DNA of 35,433 nucleotides from an uncultured Candidatus Saccharibacteria bacterium (GCA_964552275.1 CAZKFS010000001.1:1-35433); one strand, 5' to 3'. Shown: positions 8,472 to 16,028, counted from the first letter of the stretch. The notes: generated by a model from the sequence alone, not told the origin. Translations and numbers: made by a program.

Positions 8472-9065
8472 TCACCAACCTAGTCTTTGAACAATATCTG
8501 CATGAACTTCTTCTATGGTTCTTTCTCCAGGAATGTCTATGAGATCAACCTCTGTACTGTTTTTAAAATACTCGATAGCCGGCACCACATCTTTATCAAA
8601 CCAATCCAGTCTCTTCTTTACCTTGTCTGTATCGACATCGTCAAAACGGCCACGCTCGCCCAATCTTTTTTCTGACCACTCTCTGGAAACATCCATATAT
8701 ACAACAGTTACTTTTGGTCTGTTGTAAAACTTCATCGCAGAGACAAAAGATATTGCTTCTGATAAAGACCTCGGTGTTCCATCGGCAATAAGATGCTCTG
8801 TTCCTTTGAAGGACTCAACAAGCAAATGTGACCACATCCAGATGGCCAGAAAATCTGGTTGACGTTCACCTGACTCGTAAATAGTTTTTGCTAGTTTGGC
8901 TGAATAACTTTCTTGTTTTATAAACTCTCGAAACCTTTGCCCTGTTTCTAAATAAAAAATTTCTGAAGATTTATCTTTTTCTTCTAAAAGAGAGTGTAGT
9001 AGTTTTATTTGTGTTCCCTTTCCACATCCAGACCGTTCTATGAATACTAAAGTTTGTGGAGACAT
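8472..9065 (-). CDS. adk: adenylate kinase (short, no zinc lid)
   Basis: P-loop ERSGCGKGTQ, DGTPRS, and the R..D..RL tail. I chose the start at MSPQTLVF (ATG 9063-9065), because the 26 residues upstream in the track look non-coding. Confidence 0.8.
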   Translation of the reverse strand: MSPQTLVFIERSGCGKGTQIKLLHSLLEEKDKSSEIFYLETGQRFREFIKQESYSAKLAKTIYESGERQPDFLAIWMWSHLLVESFKGTEHLIADGTPRSLSEAISFVSAMKFYNRPKVTVVYMDVSREWSEKRLGERGRFDDVDTDKVKKRLDWFDKDVVPAIEYFKNSTEVDLIDIPGERTIEEVHADIVQRLGW

Positions 9066-9144
9066 AATTGGTTTAGATAATACAAAGATTAAGAATGTAT
9101 AATTAACCTTGATTATAACAAGATTATTACTTTTAACCAGCACT

Positions 9145-9172
9145 TTGTTGCACTACATGAATCTGCTAGAAT
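9145..9172 (+). promoter_or_regulatory. promoter TTGTTG-16-(TGc)TAGAAT for the plus-strand cassette gene
   Basis: Extended -10 tgcTAGAAT at 9164-9172. AGGAGGAGG follows at 9179-9187. Confidence 0.45.
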
Positions 9173-9241
9173 CAAACTAGGAGGAGGTGTTGTCTGTCTA
9201 TTTGCGACAAAAACCCACCTGTTGGCCGGTTTTTTGAATCG

Positions 9242-9892
9242 TTGGCTCATGCGATACTGGGAGGTGAACTAACAAGAGATGAGTGGGGAGATATCTGCCT
9301 TTGGAGACAACACACCTCCATTGAGGTCAAAGGCTCTGGGAGTCAGTGTGGCCATGGTTTTCGGTTGAACACAAAACAAATAGGAGACTACCAGAGAATC
9401 CCCAACAAAGTGTGGTACATGTTTTTTGCTTACAGAAACAAAAGCATCAGAAACAAAAGGAGTGGAAAAAGGAGGACACAATTTTCGTACCACAACACGC
9501 CTGTGTCTATAAACCGCTACTTGGCCAGCTCCGTCGAATGGTGTTTGTTGGTAGATCTTTCCATTGTAACTGAGTGGGAGAAGACTATACCATACTCATA
9601 CAAATCAGTGGTTGGTAACTATGGAATGGAGACTGTTGATGTAAAGCGTAAGCACATGGAGCATTTCTCTAATGGAGGCCTGGCTACTGGCCTCTCGGAT
9701 TTAGGTCTAAACCCCCAAGAATTCGATGTATTGCATGGAGAGGTAGAAACCACCATCAAAGTCAAACCTGATCTTTCAAAAGAATACAGAGTTGTGTTGC
9801 CAATCACCACAATTCTCCCCTCTTGTGAGACAAACTCTCTCCGACGAAGAATGTCGCGGAGAGGATTCAAACTAAACAAGAGAGCCTTGTGA
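9242..9892 (+). CDS. hypothetical protein with a PD-(D/E)XK nuclease-like motif; opposite strand, G+C-rich insert
   Basis: WGDICLWRQHTSIEVKGSG....FRLNTKQ matches the D-x(10)-E-x-K ... Q signature of VRR-NUC/YraN-type nucleases. There is no in-frame ATG or GTG. The start is TTG 9242 (track) or CTG 9194, which sits 6 nt after AGGAGGAGG. The frame is open from 9170. Confidence 0.5.
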   Translation: MAHAILGGELTRDEWGDICLWRQHTSIEVKGSGSQCGHGFRLNTKQIGDYQRIPNKVWYMFFAYRNKSIRNKRSGKRRTQFSYHNTPVSINRYLASSVEWCLLVDLSIVTEWEKTIPYSYKSVVGNYGMETVDVKRKHMEHFSNGGLATGLSDLGLNPQEFDVLHGEVETTIKVKPDLSKEYRVVLPITTILPSCETNSLRRRMSRRGFKLNKRAL

Positions 9893-9935
9893 CCGTCGTT
9901 CGCTAGTAGCGGAAGGCGGTTTTCTTTTTATTTTT
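9892..9935 (+). terminator. intrinsic terminator of the plus-strand cassette gene
   Basis: accg..cgcta-g-tagcg..cggt composite stem followed by ttttctttttattttt. Confidence 0.6.
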
Positions 9936-9973
9936 AAGACTTAGAGAAATATTTGAGGGGTTAAACTCTTACA

Positions 9974-10032
9974 ATTTGGATGAAATCCGACGTTGAGAAT
10001 TTGAAAATATGAGTTCGCCAAATTTAGGAGTT
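9974..10032 (-). repeat. secY 3'-flank repeat element (two modules shared with the fusA 3' flank)
   Basis: atttggatgaaatccgacgttgagaa (9974-9999) resembles 27131-27157. gagttcgccaaatttaggagtt (10011-10032) resembles 639-660, 14721-14739 and 27223-27233. Confidence 0.7.
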
Positions 10033-11304
10033 TTAGTATTCTCGTATGGAGACCTGAGCGTCGATTTTCTTGATAAGATCAATTACCACAGAAACCACGA
10101 TAAGTAGAGCTGTACCACCAACAGATAGAGCTGTTATTCCAGTGATTCCTCTCATGATAAGAGGTAGAACTGCGATAAAACCTAGAAACATTGCTCCAAC
10201 TAGTGTAAGACGAGTCAGTATACGAGCAATATGATCTGAAGTTGATTTACCAGGACGAACACCGGGAATAAAAGCTCCGTTCTTCTGTAAGTTCGTTGAG
10301 ATCTGATCTGGATCAAACGTAACTGCTGTATAGAAGTAAGTGAATATAAACACCAACAAGAAGTAAGCTATCGCGTAGAACCAACTGTTAGCCAAAATAT
10401 CAAGAATAGTTCCTGAAACCGACTGAATCATTGTGTTACTAGAGTTCTGTAAAAACTGCAACAACATCTGAGGAAAAAGAAGTATAGATAGAGCAAATAT
10501 TATAGGAATAACTCCAGCCTGATTTATTCTAAGTGGTAGATATGTAGATGTTCCACCGTAAACACGGTTACCTCTAACCTGTTTTGCATATGTTACAGGA
10601 ATAGGTCTTTCTGCTTCGGTTATAACAACGACAGCAACAATAACCACAACTGCTACCACCGCAAAAACCAAATAAACAGGAATCTGTGAAGGGTCTAGTG
10701 AATACCAAAGTTGACCAAGTTGTGTTGGCAAAACAGCGACGATACCAGCAAATATAATAAGTGACAAACCATTTCCTATACCATATTCTGAAACAAGCTC
10801 ACCAATCCACATTAGGAGCACAGATCCAGCTGTGATTACCAATAGGTTGGTTATCAAGGCAAAAGGTGTAAGACCTGTAATAACTTGTTGTGTTTCAAGA
10901 ATTTTTATAAAACTGAAAGATTGTAGTAATGCTAGAGGAACAGATAGTATTCTTCCGTATTGAGAAAACTTTCTTCTTCCAGCCTCCCCTTCTTCTTGAT
11001 ACATCTCCTTTAGTCTAGAAGACATGATTGTAGAAAGTTGCATTATGATAGAAGCGGTAATATATGGACCAACTCCAAGCATAACAATAGATAGCTGTGC
11101 CAAACCTCCTCCAGAGAAGATGTTCAGCAGACCAAAAAACTCACTGCTTCCAAAAAATTGGGCAAGTTTATCATGATCCACTCCAGGGATAAATACATGA
11201 GAAAGAACGCGGAACAAAACTAGCGCAAAAAGTGTAAAAAATATCCGCTTTCTCAATACTTTATCTTGGAAAACGAGTTTGATTTTATTAAGAAATTCTT
11301 TCAT
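10033..11304 (-). CDS. secY: preprotein translocase subunit SecY
   Basis: 423-aa polytopic membrane protein in the canonical position after rplO. Confidence 0.95.
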   Translation of the reverse strand: MKEFLNKIKLVFQDKVLRKRIFFTLFALVLFRVLSHVFIPGVDHDKLAQFFGSSEFFGLLNIFSGGGLAQLSIVMLGVGPYITASIIMQLSTIMSSRLKEMYQEEGEAGRRKFSQYGRILSVPLALLQSFSFIKILETQQVITGLTPFALITNLLVITAGSVLLMWIGELVSEYGIGNGLSLIIFAGIVAVLPTQLGQLWYSLDPSQIPVYLVFAVVAVVVIVAVVVITEAERPIPVTYAKQVRGNRVYGGTSTYLPLRINQAGVIPIIFALSILLFPQMLLQFLQNSSNTMIQSVSGTILDILANSWFYAIAYFLLVFIFTYFYTAVTFDPDQISTNLQKNGAFIPGVRPGKSTSDHIARILTRLTLVGAMFLGFIAVLPLIMRGITGITALSVGGTALLIVVSVVIDLIKKIDAQVSIREY

Positions 11305-11310
11305 GGTATT

Positions 11311-11751
11311 TTATTTTACTGAACCTCCAGCCTTCTCTATTGCAACCTTGGCTGAACCTGAGACTTGGCAATTCTCAAAGCTAAGTTTCTTGTCGAGTTC
11401 TCCAGTGCCCAAAATCTTTACCTTTGGAAGTGAACCTTTGAACATTTTAACAACGTTGTGCTTTACCAAAGTCTCTGGTGATACAACATCTCCATTTTTA
11501 CAAAGTTTATTCAAAGTACCAATATTTACAACAACAGCTTTTGTTTGGATACTTGTGTTTATGTTTTTGCCTCTTCCTCGTAGTTTAGGAATTCTCTTTA
11601 TGAAATCTCTAATCTCTGGTCTCTTCTTGTGTCCAGCACGAGCGTTTTGACCTTTTGTTCCACGTCCAGCAGTCTTGCCACGTGTTCCTCCACGTCCTAC
11701 TTGTTTTGATTTCTTATTTGGATTAGCTCTTTTTAGGTTGTGTGTTTGCAT
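11311..11751 (-). CDS. rplO: 50S ribosomal protein L15
   Basis: GRGGTRGKTAGRGTKGQNARAG motif. It lies directly after rpsE with no L30 gene between them. Confidence 0.95.
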   Translation of the reverse strand: MQTHNLKRANPNKKSKQVGRGGTRGKTAGRGTKGQNARAGHKKRPEIRDFIKRIPKLRGRGKNINTSIQTKAVVVNIGTLNKLCKNGDVVSPETLVKHNVVKMFKGSLPKVKILGTGELDKKLSFENCQVSGSAKVAIEKAGGSVK

Positions 11752-11752
11752 G

Positions 11753-12334
11753 TTATTTTCTTAGTTTCAACTGACCCAAAGCCTTCACTGCAGCCTTTGC
11801 ATTGTTTACTTTGTTTTTACTTCGAGAAAAGATTTTTGAACTAACTTCGTTGATTCCTGCAAATTCTAAAACTGTTCGAACAGATGAACCTGCTAGAATA
11901 CCCTTACCAGGTGCTCTCATGATAAGAACTCTTGAACTTGAATACTTTGCATCAACTTCGTGAGGAATAGAACCAGTCTTTGTTAGGTTTACTTTGATCA
12001 TGTTTTTCTTGGCATCTCTAACTGCTTTATCGATAGCAACCGGTGTGTCACCTGCTTTACCAAGACCCACTCCAACACGACCCTTTCTATCACCTATAAC
12101 AATACCAACTGAAAAACTAAATCTTCTTCCTCCAGTTACCACACGAGTAACACGTCTGATACTAACTATTTTTTGATCGAACTCAGGTCTAACACGAGCC
12201 TCTCTTCTTGGTGCTGATTTTCTAGAATTCTTTTTGAATTCTCTTGGAGAATGCTGAGCAGGAGAATCTGAAACAGCAGGTGTTGCCACACCTCCCTCAA
12301 CCTTTATTTCTTCTGTAATTATTTCTGGTTCCAT
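11753..12334 (-). CDS. rpsE: 30S ribosomal protein S5 (N-terminal extension)
   Basis: RRVTRVVTGGRRFSFSVGIVIGDRKGRVGVGLGKA motif. Confidence 0.95.
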   Translation of the reverse strand: MEPEIITEEIKVEGGVATPAVSDSPAQHSPREFKKNSRKSAPRREARVRPEFDQKIVSIRRVTRVVTGGRRFSFSVGIVIGDRKGRVGVGLGKAGDTPVAIDKAVRDAKKNMIKVNLTKTGSIPHEVDAKYSSSRVLIMRAPGKGILAGSSVRTVLEFAGINEVSSKIFSRSKNKVNNAKAAVKALGQLKLRK

Positions 12335-12343
12335 AATATTTTA

Positions 12344-12694
12344 TTAAAATTGTAGACCTCCTTCTCTGGCAGAATCTGCTAGAGCCTTAACGCAACCTGT
12401 GTAAATAAACCCTCCTCGGTCAAAAACTACTTTACTTACTTTTAGAGCTTTGCCTTTCTCTGCTATGGTTTTACCAACCAATCCTGCTTTTTCCATCATG
12501 GTCTTGCCTTTAACATCTCTAGAGTGCACGCCGATTATAGTCACACCTGTATCGTCGTTAATAAGCTGTGCTGAAATATGTTTGTTTGATTTGTATACAG
12601 AGAGACGAGGTCTTTCATTAGTACCAGAAATCTGTGTGCGAATTTTCGCATGTCTTCTAGTTCTTTTTTGTATTTTTGCGTTTAATGATTTCAT
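12344..12694 (-). CDS. rplR: 50S ribosomal protein L18
   Basis: RLSVYKSNKHISAQLI ... DRGGFIYTGCVKALADSAREGGLQF. Confidence 0.95.
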   Translation of the reverse strand: MKSLNAKIQKRTRRHAKIRTQISGTNERPRLSVYKSNKHISAQLINDDTGVTIIGVHSRDVKGKTMMEKAGLVGKTIAEKGKALKVSKVVFDRGGFIYTGCVKALADSAREGGLQF

Positions 12695-12707
12695 CTTTTT
12701 TGAAATT

Positions 12708-13241
12708 TTATGCGGTCTTCTTACCTTGTTTTCTCTTTATAACCTCACCTTCGTATCTAATACCTTTTCCTTTGTATGGTTCTGGTTTCTTTAGAGATCT
12801 TACTTTGGCAACGAAATCTCCCACAACTTCTTTATCCATTCCTGTAACAGTAATAACGTTTTTCTCTGCAGTAACTTTCAAAATTTCTGGAATAGGAACA
12901 TTTACTGGATGAGAGAAACCTAGTGCAAGAACCAAGTTTGTTCCCTTTACTTCTGATTTGTAACCAATACCTTCGATAATTAGTTTTCTAACGAAAGGAG
13001 TAGTTGCACCAGCTGTCATGTTCATAATATGAGAAGCGTATGTTCCCCAAAGAGCTTTGTTTTCTAGAGTCTCTCTCTTTGGTGTAAGAGTGATTTCTCC
13101 TGGAGCAATATTGATAACAATATCCTCTTTAAACTTTTTTGAAAGAGTTCCTAGTGGTCCTTTCACAGTCAAAAGGCCGTTCAAAAGTGTTACTTCTGTC
13201 TTTGCTGGGATTGCTATTACTTTTTTACCGATTCGTGACAT
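12708..13241 (-). CDS. rplF: 50S ribosomal protein L6
   Basis: MSRIGKKVIAIP...KGPLGTL start and spc-operon position. Confidence 0.95.
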   Translation of the reverse strand: MSRIGKKVIAIPAKTEVTLLNGLLTVKGPLGTLSKKFKEDIVINIAPGEITLTPKRETLENKALWGTYASHIMNMTAGATTPFVRKLIIEGIGYKSEVKGTNLVLALGFSHPVNVPIPEILKVTAEKNVITVTGMDKEVVGDFVAKVRSLKKPEPYKGKGIRYEGEVIKRKQGKKTA

Positions 13242-13259
13242 TTTATTATTTAAAATTTA

Positions 13260-13649
13260 TTACCATATTTTGAACATAGCTTCTCCTCCCACTTTTGCCT
13301 CCTTTGCCATCTTGTCAGTCATAATACCCTTTGGAGTTGAAAGTATGAGAGAACCAACACCGTTCTTAACTTTTCTGATATCTTTTGTTTTGTTGTAAAT
13401 TCTTTTTGAAGTCTTTGAAACTCTCTCTACACCAGAAATACGAGATGCACCATCATCATAGATCAAACCAACCTCAATCCACTTTGCTATTTTCTTTCCT
13501 TTCTTTCCAAAAGATTTTATAAATCCTTCTTTCAAAAGAACATCTAGAATAGCGAGCTTTAGCTTTGAATGAGGAAAAACTACTGACTCTTTCTTTGAAT
13601 CAGAAGCATTCTTCATTCTTATAATCATGTCTGCGATTGGGTCTGTCAT
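13260..13649 (-). CDS. rpsH: 30S ribosomal protein S8
   Basis: MTDPIADMIIRMKNA start and spc-operon position. Confidence 0.95.
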   Translation of the reverse strand: MTDPIADMIIRMKNASDSKKESVVFPHSKLKLAILDVLLKEGFIKSFGKKGKKIAKWIEVGLIYDDGASRISGVERVSKTSKRIYNKTKDIRKVKNGVGSLILSTPKGIMTDKMAKEAKVGGEAMFKIW

Positions 13650-13724
13650 GTATTTTATATTATATCTGGGTAGTTTCTCTTCCCTAGTGGGTCAAGACTT
13701 GCCTAGTCAACTTGTCCAATCTAC

Positions 13725-13843
13725 CAGGATTTTTGTTCGAGTTCAAGGCTCGAGGTTTTGTTTCTGACCAAGCTGTACATTTAGTACTACGCGTGGAGGA
13801 AACAAAACCGAGAACGAAGAAATCGGACAAAAAGACGGTAGAT
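13725..13843 (-). repeat. ~120-nt intergenic element abutting the rpsN stop; homologous to 22088-22208
   Basis: Aligned by eye to the rpsJ 3' flank: shared aggatttttgtt, gaccaa, tgtaca..gtac, aaaaccgagaac and acaaaaagac blocks. Internal perfect 11-bp stem ggttttgtttc (13754-13764) / gaaacaaaacc (13799-13809). Confidence 0.75.
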
Positions 13844-14029
13844 TTACCAGGAGGACTTTTTCACGCCTGGAATTTTTCCCTCATTGGCAAGTTCACGGAA
13901 GCAGATTCTGCACAAAGCAAAGTCTCTCATAAATGCTCTTCCGCGTCCACATCTAAAGCATCGATTAGTAGCCCGAGTTGAGAATTTCGGTTTTTTTGCT
14001 GCTCTTGCTTTTACTGATGTTTTTGCCAT
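13844..14029 (-). CDS. rpsN: 30S ribosomal protein S14, zinc-binding type Z
   Basis: 61 aa with CFRCGR...CRIC two CxxC pairs. Position between L5 and S8. Confidence 0.95.
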   Translation of the reverse strand: MAKTSVKARAAKKPKFSTRATNRCFRCGRGRAFMRDFALCRICFRELANEGKIPGVKKSSW

Positions 14030-14034
14030 AAATT

Positions 14035-14094
14035 AAGGAATGCAATGACTATAATTTATGAGCATGTCGGACTACTGTCCGACGGCCATTCCTT
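14035..14094 (-). promoter_or_regulatory. structured rpsN 5' leader hairpin ending 5 nt before the start codon
   Basis: Outer stem aaggaatg (14035-14042) / cattcctt (14087-14094). Inner stem gtcggac (14066-14072) / gtccgac (14077-14083). Confidence 0.45.
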
Positions 14095-14130
14095 ATAATC
14101 AAATAAAAAAGCTCTTTTGAAGCTGGGGTA

Positions 14131-14159
14131 ATACTAGCAATTATGGTTTAAAAAGTCAA
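14131..14159 (-). promoter_or_regulatory. promoter module copy 1: TTGACT-17-(TGc)TAGTAT, upstream of rpsN
   Basis: Minus strand ttgactttttaaaccataattgctagtat. It resembles the modules at 21450-21478 and 22620-22648 beyond the hexamers. Confidence 0.6.
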
Positions 14160-14172
14160 CGTATACGACGAT

Positions 14173-14199
14173 GCCCGGGATCCTCTCGGTATCCCGGGC
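14173..14199 (-). other. perfect 9-bp GC-rich inverted repeat 3' of the orphan ORF (possible terminator, no U tract)
   Basis: gcccgggat - 9 nt - atcccgggc, starting 14 nt after the ORF stop codon. Confidence 0.5.
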
Positions 14200-14212
14200 A
14201 CAGGTCAGGTGG

Positions 14213-14575
14213 TCAGCACGTACCCCAGGTGAAGACTGTGGCAGACTCCAGATCGGAGTAGGTCCTCTGAATCGAGAACCTCTTTCCGAGCCTCACGACC
14301 CTCAAGACCACCGATGAATTACTATCGATGCTCTGAAGGAGGAAATCGGCGAGTTTCACCTGGGCGGCGAGCGAAAACTCGCCGAAGGTGTCATGAATAT
14401 CCTTCCTGGTTGTCTGGAAGGTGACATAGTTCTCACCCACCCTGATGTAGGTGTGGTAGAGTCTAGACCTACTTGTGAGATCCAGACCATTCAACTCCTC
14501 ATGGACAATGTAAAGCGGGTTCCTATGGTCCTCATGTCGAACCACAGGAAGAACGACTTCTCTTACTTTTTCCAT
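14213..14575 (-). CDS. orphan hypothetical protein (120 aa) in a G+C-rich insert between rplE and rpsN
   Basis: ATG at 14573-14575 is preceded by AGGTGG with a 5-nt spacer, so the track's longer start at 14638 is less likely. I recognise no family motif. I counted 33/60 G+C in 14221-14280. Confidence 0.6.
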   Translation of the reverse strand: MEKVREVVLPVVRHEDHRNPLYIVHEELNGLDLTSRSRLYHTYIRVGENYVTFQTTRKDIHDTFGEFSLAAQVKLADFLLQSIDSNSSVVLRVVRLGKRFSIQRTYSDLESATVFTWGTC

Positions 14576-14652
14576 TTTGACCACCTGTTTTGCAGAACTT
14601 ATGGCACGTCGCAGCCATTTGTCTGCGAAAAAGAACATGCGACGTTTCTATA

Positions 14653-14681
14653 ATTATACCATATATTACATAAAAATACAA
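14653..14681 (-). promoter_or_regulatory. promoter TTGTAT-17-(TGg)TATAAT for the orphan ORF
   Basis: Minus strand ttgtatttttatgtaatatatggtataat, immediately downstream of the rplE terminator. Confidence 0.55.
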
Positions 14682-14682
14682 G

Positions 14683-14717
14683 ATAATAAAAACCCTTGTT
14701 TAAAGGGTTTTTATTAT
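14683..14717. terminator. intrinsic terminator after rplE
   Basis: ataataaaaaccctt - loop - aagggtttttattat. Confidence 0.7.
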
Positions 14718-14743
14718 CTTTTCGCCAAACTTGGAAGTTGTAG

Positions 14744-15346
14744 CTATTTCTTTGGAGCTCGAGACCCGCCTTTTTTGTTTGCATCCGCCTTAGGCTTTGC
14801 CTCTTTTGTTTCTACTTTTTTAAATGGGAATCCTAGATGTGTTAGGAAAGCTTTTGTCTCCTTTGGATCTTTTATGTTAGTTACAACTGCAACTGAAAGT
14901 CCGAAAACATCTTTCAAGTCCTCGTCAGATGATTCTGGGAAGATTGTGTTTTCTTTGATACCTAGAGTATAGTTCCCCATCTCATCGATACCGCTCGCAG
15001 AAATACCACGGAAGTCTTTTGTTCTAGGAAGAGCTATGTTAACTAGTCTGTCTAGGAAATCATACATTCTCTGTCCTCTAAGAGTTATTTGCATTCCAAC
15101 TGGATCTCCTTCTCGAACTTTGAAAGCTGCGATAGAAATCTTTGCACCTTTTCTAGCTGGCTTTTGTCCTGTGATTTTTGAAAGTCTGTCTGCAACAAGC
15201 TCTATCTTCTTTTTGTCTTTGATTGATCCGATACCAGAAGCTATCACCACTTTCATTATCTTTGGTGCTTGCATCGCGTTTTTGTAGCCAAACTCACCTT
15301 TTAGAGCTTCGAATGACTTTGCTGTTTTTGATTTAATAGTTTCCAT
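14744..15346 (-). CDS. rplE: 50S ribosomal protein L5 (Lys-rich C-terminal tail)
   Basis: KGEFGYKNAMQAPKIMKVVIASGIG motif and spc-operon position. Confidence 0.95.
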   Translation of the reverse strand: METIKSKTAKSFEALKGEFGYKNAMQAPKIMKVVIASGIGSIKDKKKIELVADRLSKITGQKPARKGAKISIAAFKVREGDPVGMQITLRGQRMYDFLDRLVNIALPRTKDFRGISASGIDEMGNYTLGIKENTIFPESSDEDLKDVFGLSVAVVTNIKDPKETKAFLTHLGFPFKKVETKEAKPKADANKKGGSRAPKK

Positions 15347-15370
15347 AACTTTCGTAGCTTACGCCTAATA

Positions 15371-15619
15371 TTAATTTGCCTTCGCCTTTTTCTTGGTTTT
15401 CTTCTCTGATAATTTAACGTTTGATACGTGGATAGGCATTGTCTTGTCGATTATCTGACCCTTTTCTCCACTCTTTCGAGGTTTCTGGTGTACCTTTAAA
15501 ACATTGACCCCAGAAACAATCACTTTGTTTTCTTTTGGTAATGACTTAACAACAGTGCCTGTTTTGCCCTTATCCTTACCTGAGAGAACTATTACTTTGT
15601 CGTCTTTTTTTACATGCAT
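15371..15619 (-). CDS. rplX: 50S ribosomal protein L24
   Basis: MHVKKDDKVIVLSGKDKGKTGTV (KOW motif). Confidence 0.95.
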   Translation of the reverse strand: MHVKKDDKVIVLSGKDKGKTGTVVKSLPKENKVIVSGVNVLKVHQKPRKSGEKGQIIDKTMPIHVSNVKLSEKKTKKKAKAN

Positions 15620-15636
15620 AATATTGAAATTAAGTT

Positions 15637-16014
15637 TTATACAACCTCAGGTGCTAGAGAAATAATCTTTTGATAACCAGCATCACCGATTTCTCGTGGG
15701 ATTGGACCGAATACACGACCTGCTACTGGCTCTTTCTTCTTTGCATCTTTCATAACAATAACAACTGCGTTCTCATCAAATCTTATGTATGATCCGTCTT
15801 TTCTTCTGAAAGGAGCTTTTTGTCTAACAACGATAGCGTAAAGTACGTCTTTCTTCTTTGTTGTTTTTCTTGGTTCAGCTTTTTGTACAGAGATAACCAC
15901 TAGTTCGCCGATAGATGCGTATCTCTTCTTTGAACTTCCAAGCACTTTGAAAACTCGTCCGATCTTTCCTCCGGAGTTGTCAGCTATTTTGACGATTGAT
16001 TGTGGTTGGACCAT
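15637..16014 (-). CDS. rplN: 50S ribosomal protein L14
   Basis: VKIADNSGGK motif and position. Confidence 0.95.
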   Translation of the reverse strand: MVQPQSIVKIADNSGGKIGRVFKVLGSSKKRYASIGELVVISVQKAEPRKTTKKKDVLYAIVVRQKAPFRRKDGSYIRFDENAVVIVMKDAKKKEPVAGRVFGPIPREIGDAGYQKIISLAPEVV

Positions 16015-16028
16015 GGTAGTTTGTTAAA

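Noticed and set aside
9187-9237. 16-codon mini-ORF (GTG/TTG start right after AGGAGG; VLSVYLRQKPTCWPVF) ahead of the 9242 ORF. It could be a leader peptide or evidence of a frameshifted gene.
   Set aside because: The start is too close to the SD, 0-2 nt. The region also matches a degenerate copy of the aaaaaccacc..ggtggtttttt terminator family. An in-frame CTG at 9194 explains the SD better. It is left as an uncertainty on the CDS start.
13712-13981. Plus-strand 89-aa ORF spans the rpsN 3' element and part of rpsN.
   Set aside because: It overlaps rpsN antisense and crosses a repeat whose second copy (22088-22208) does not preserve the frame.
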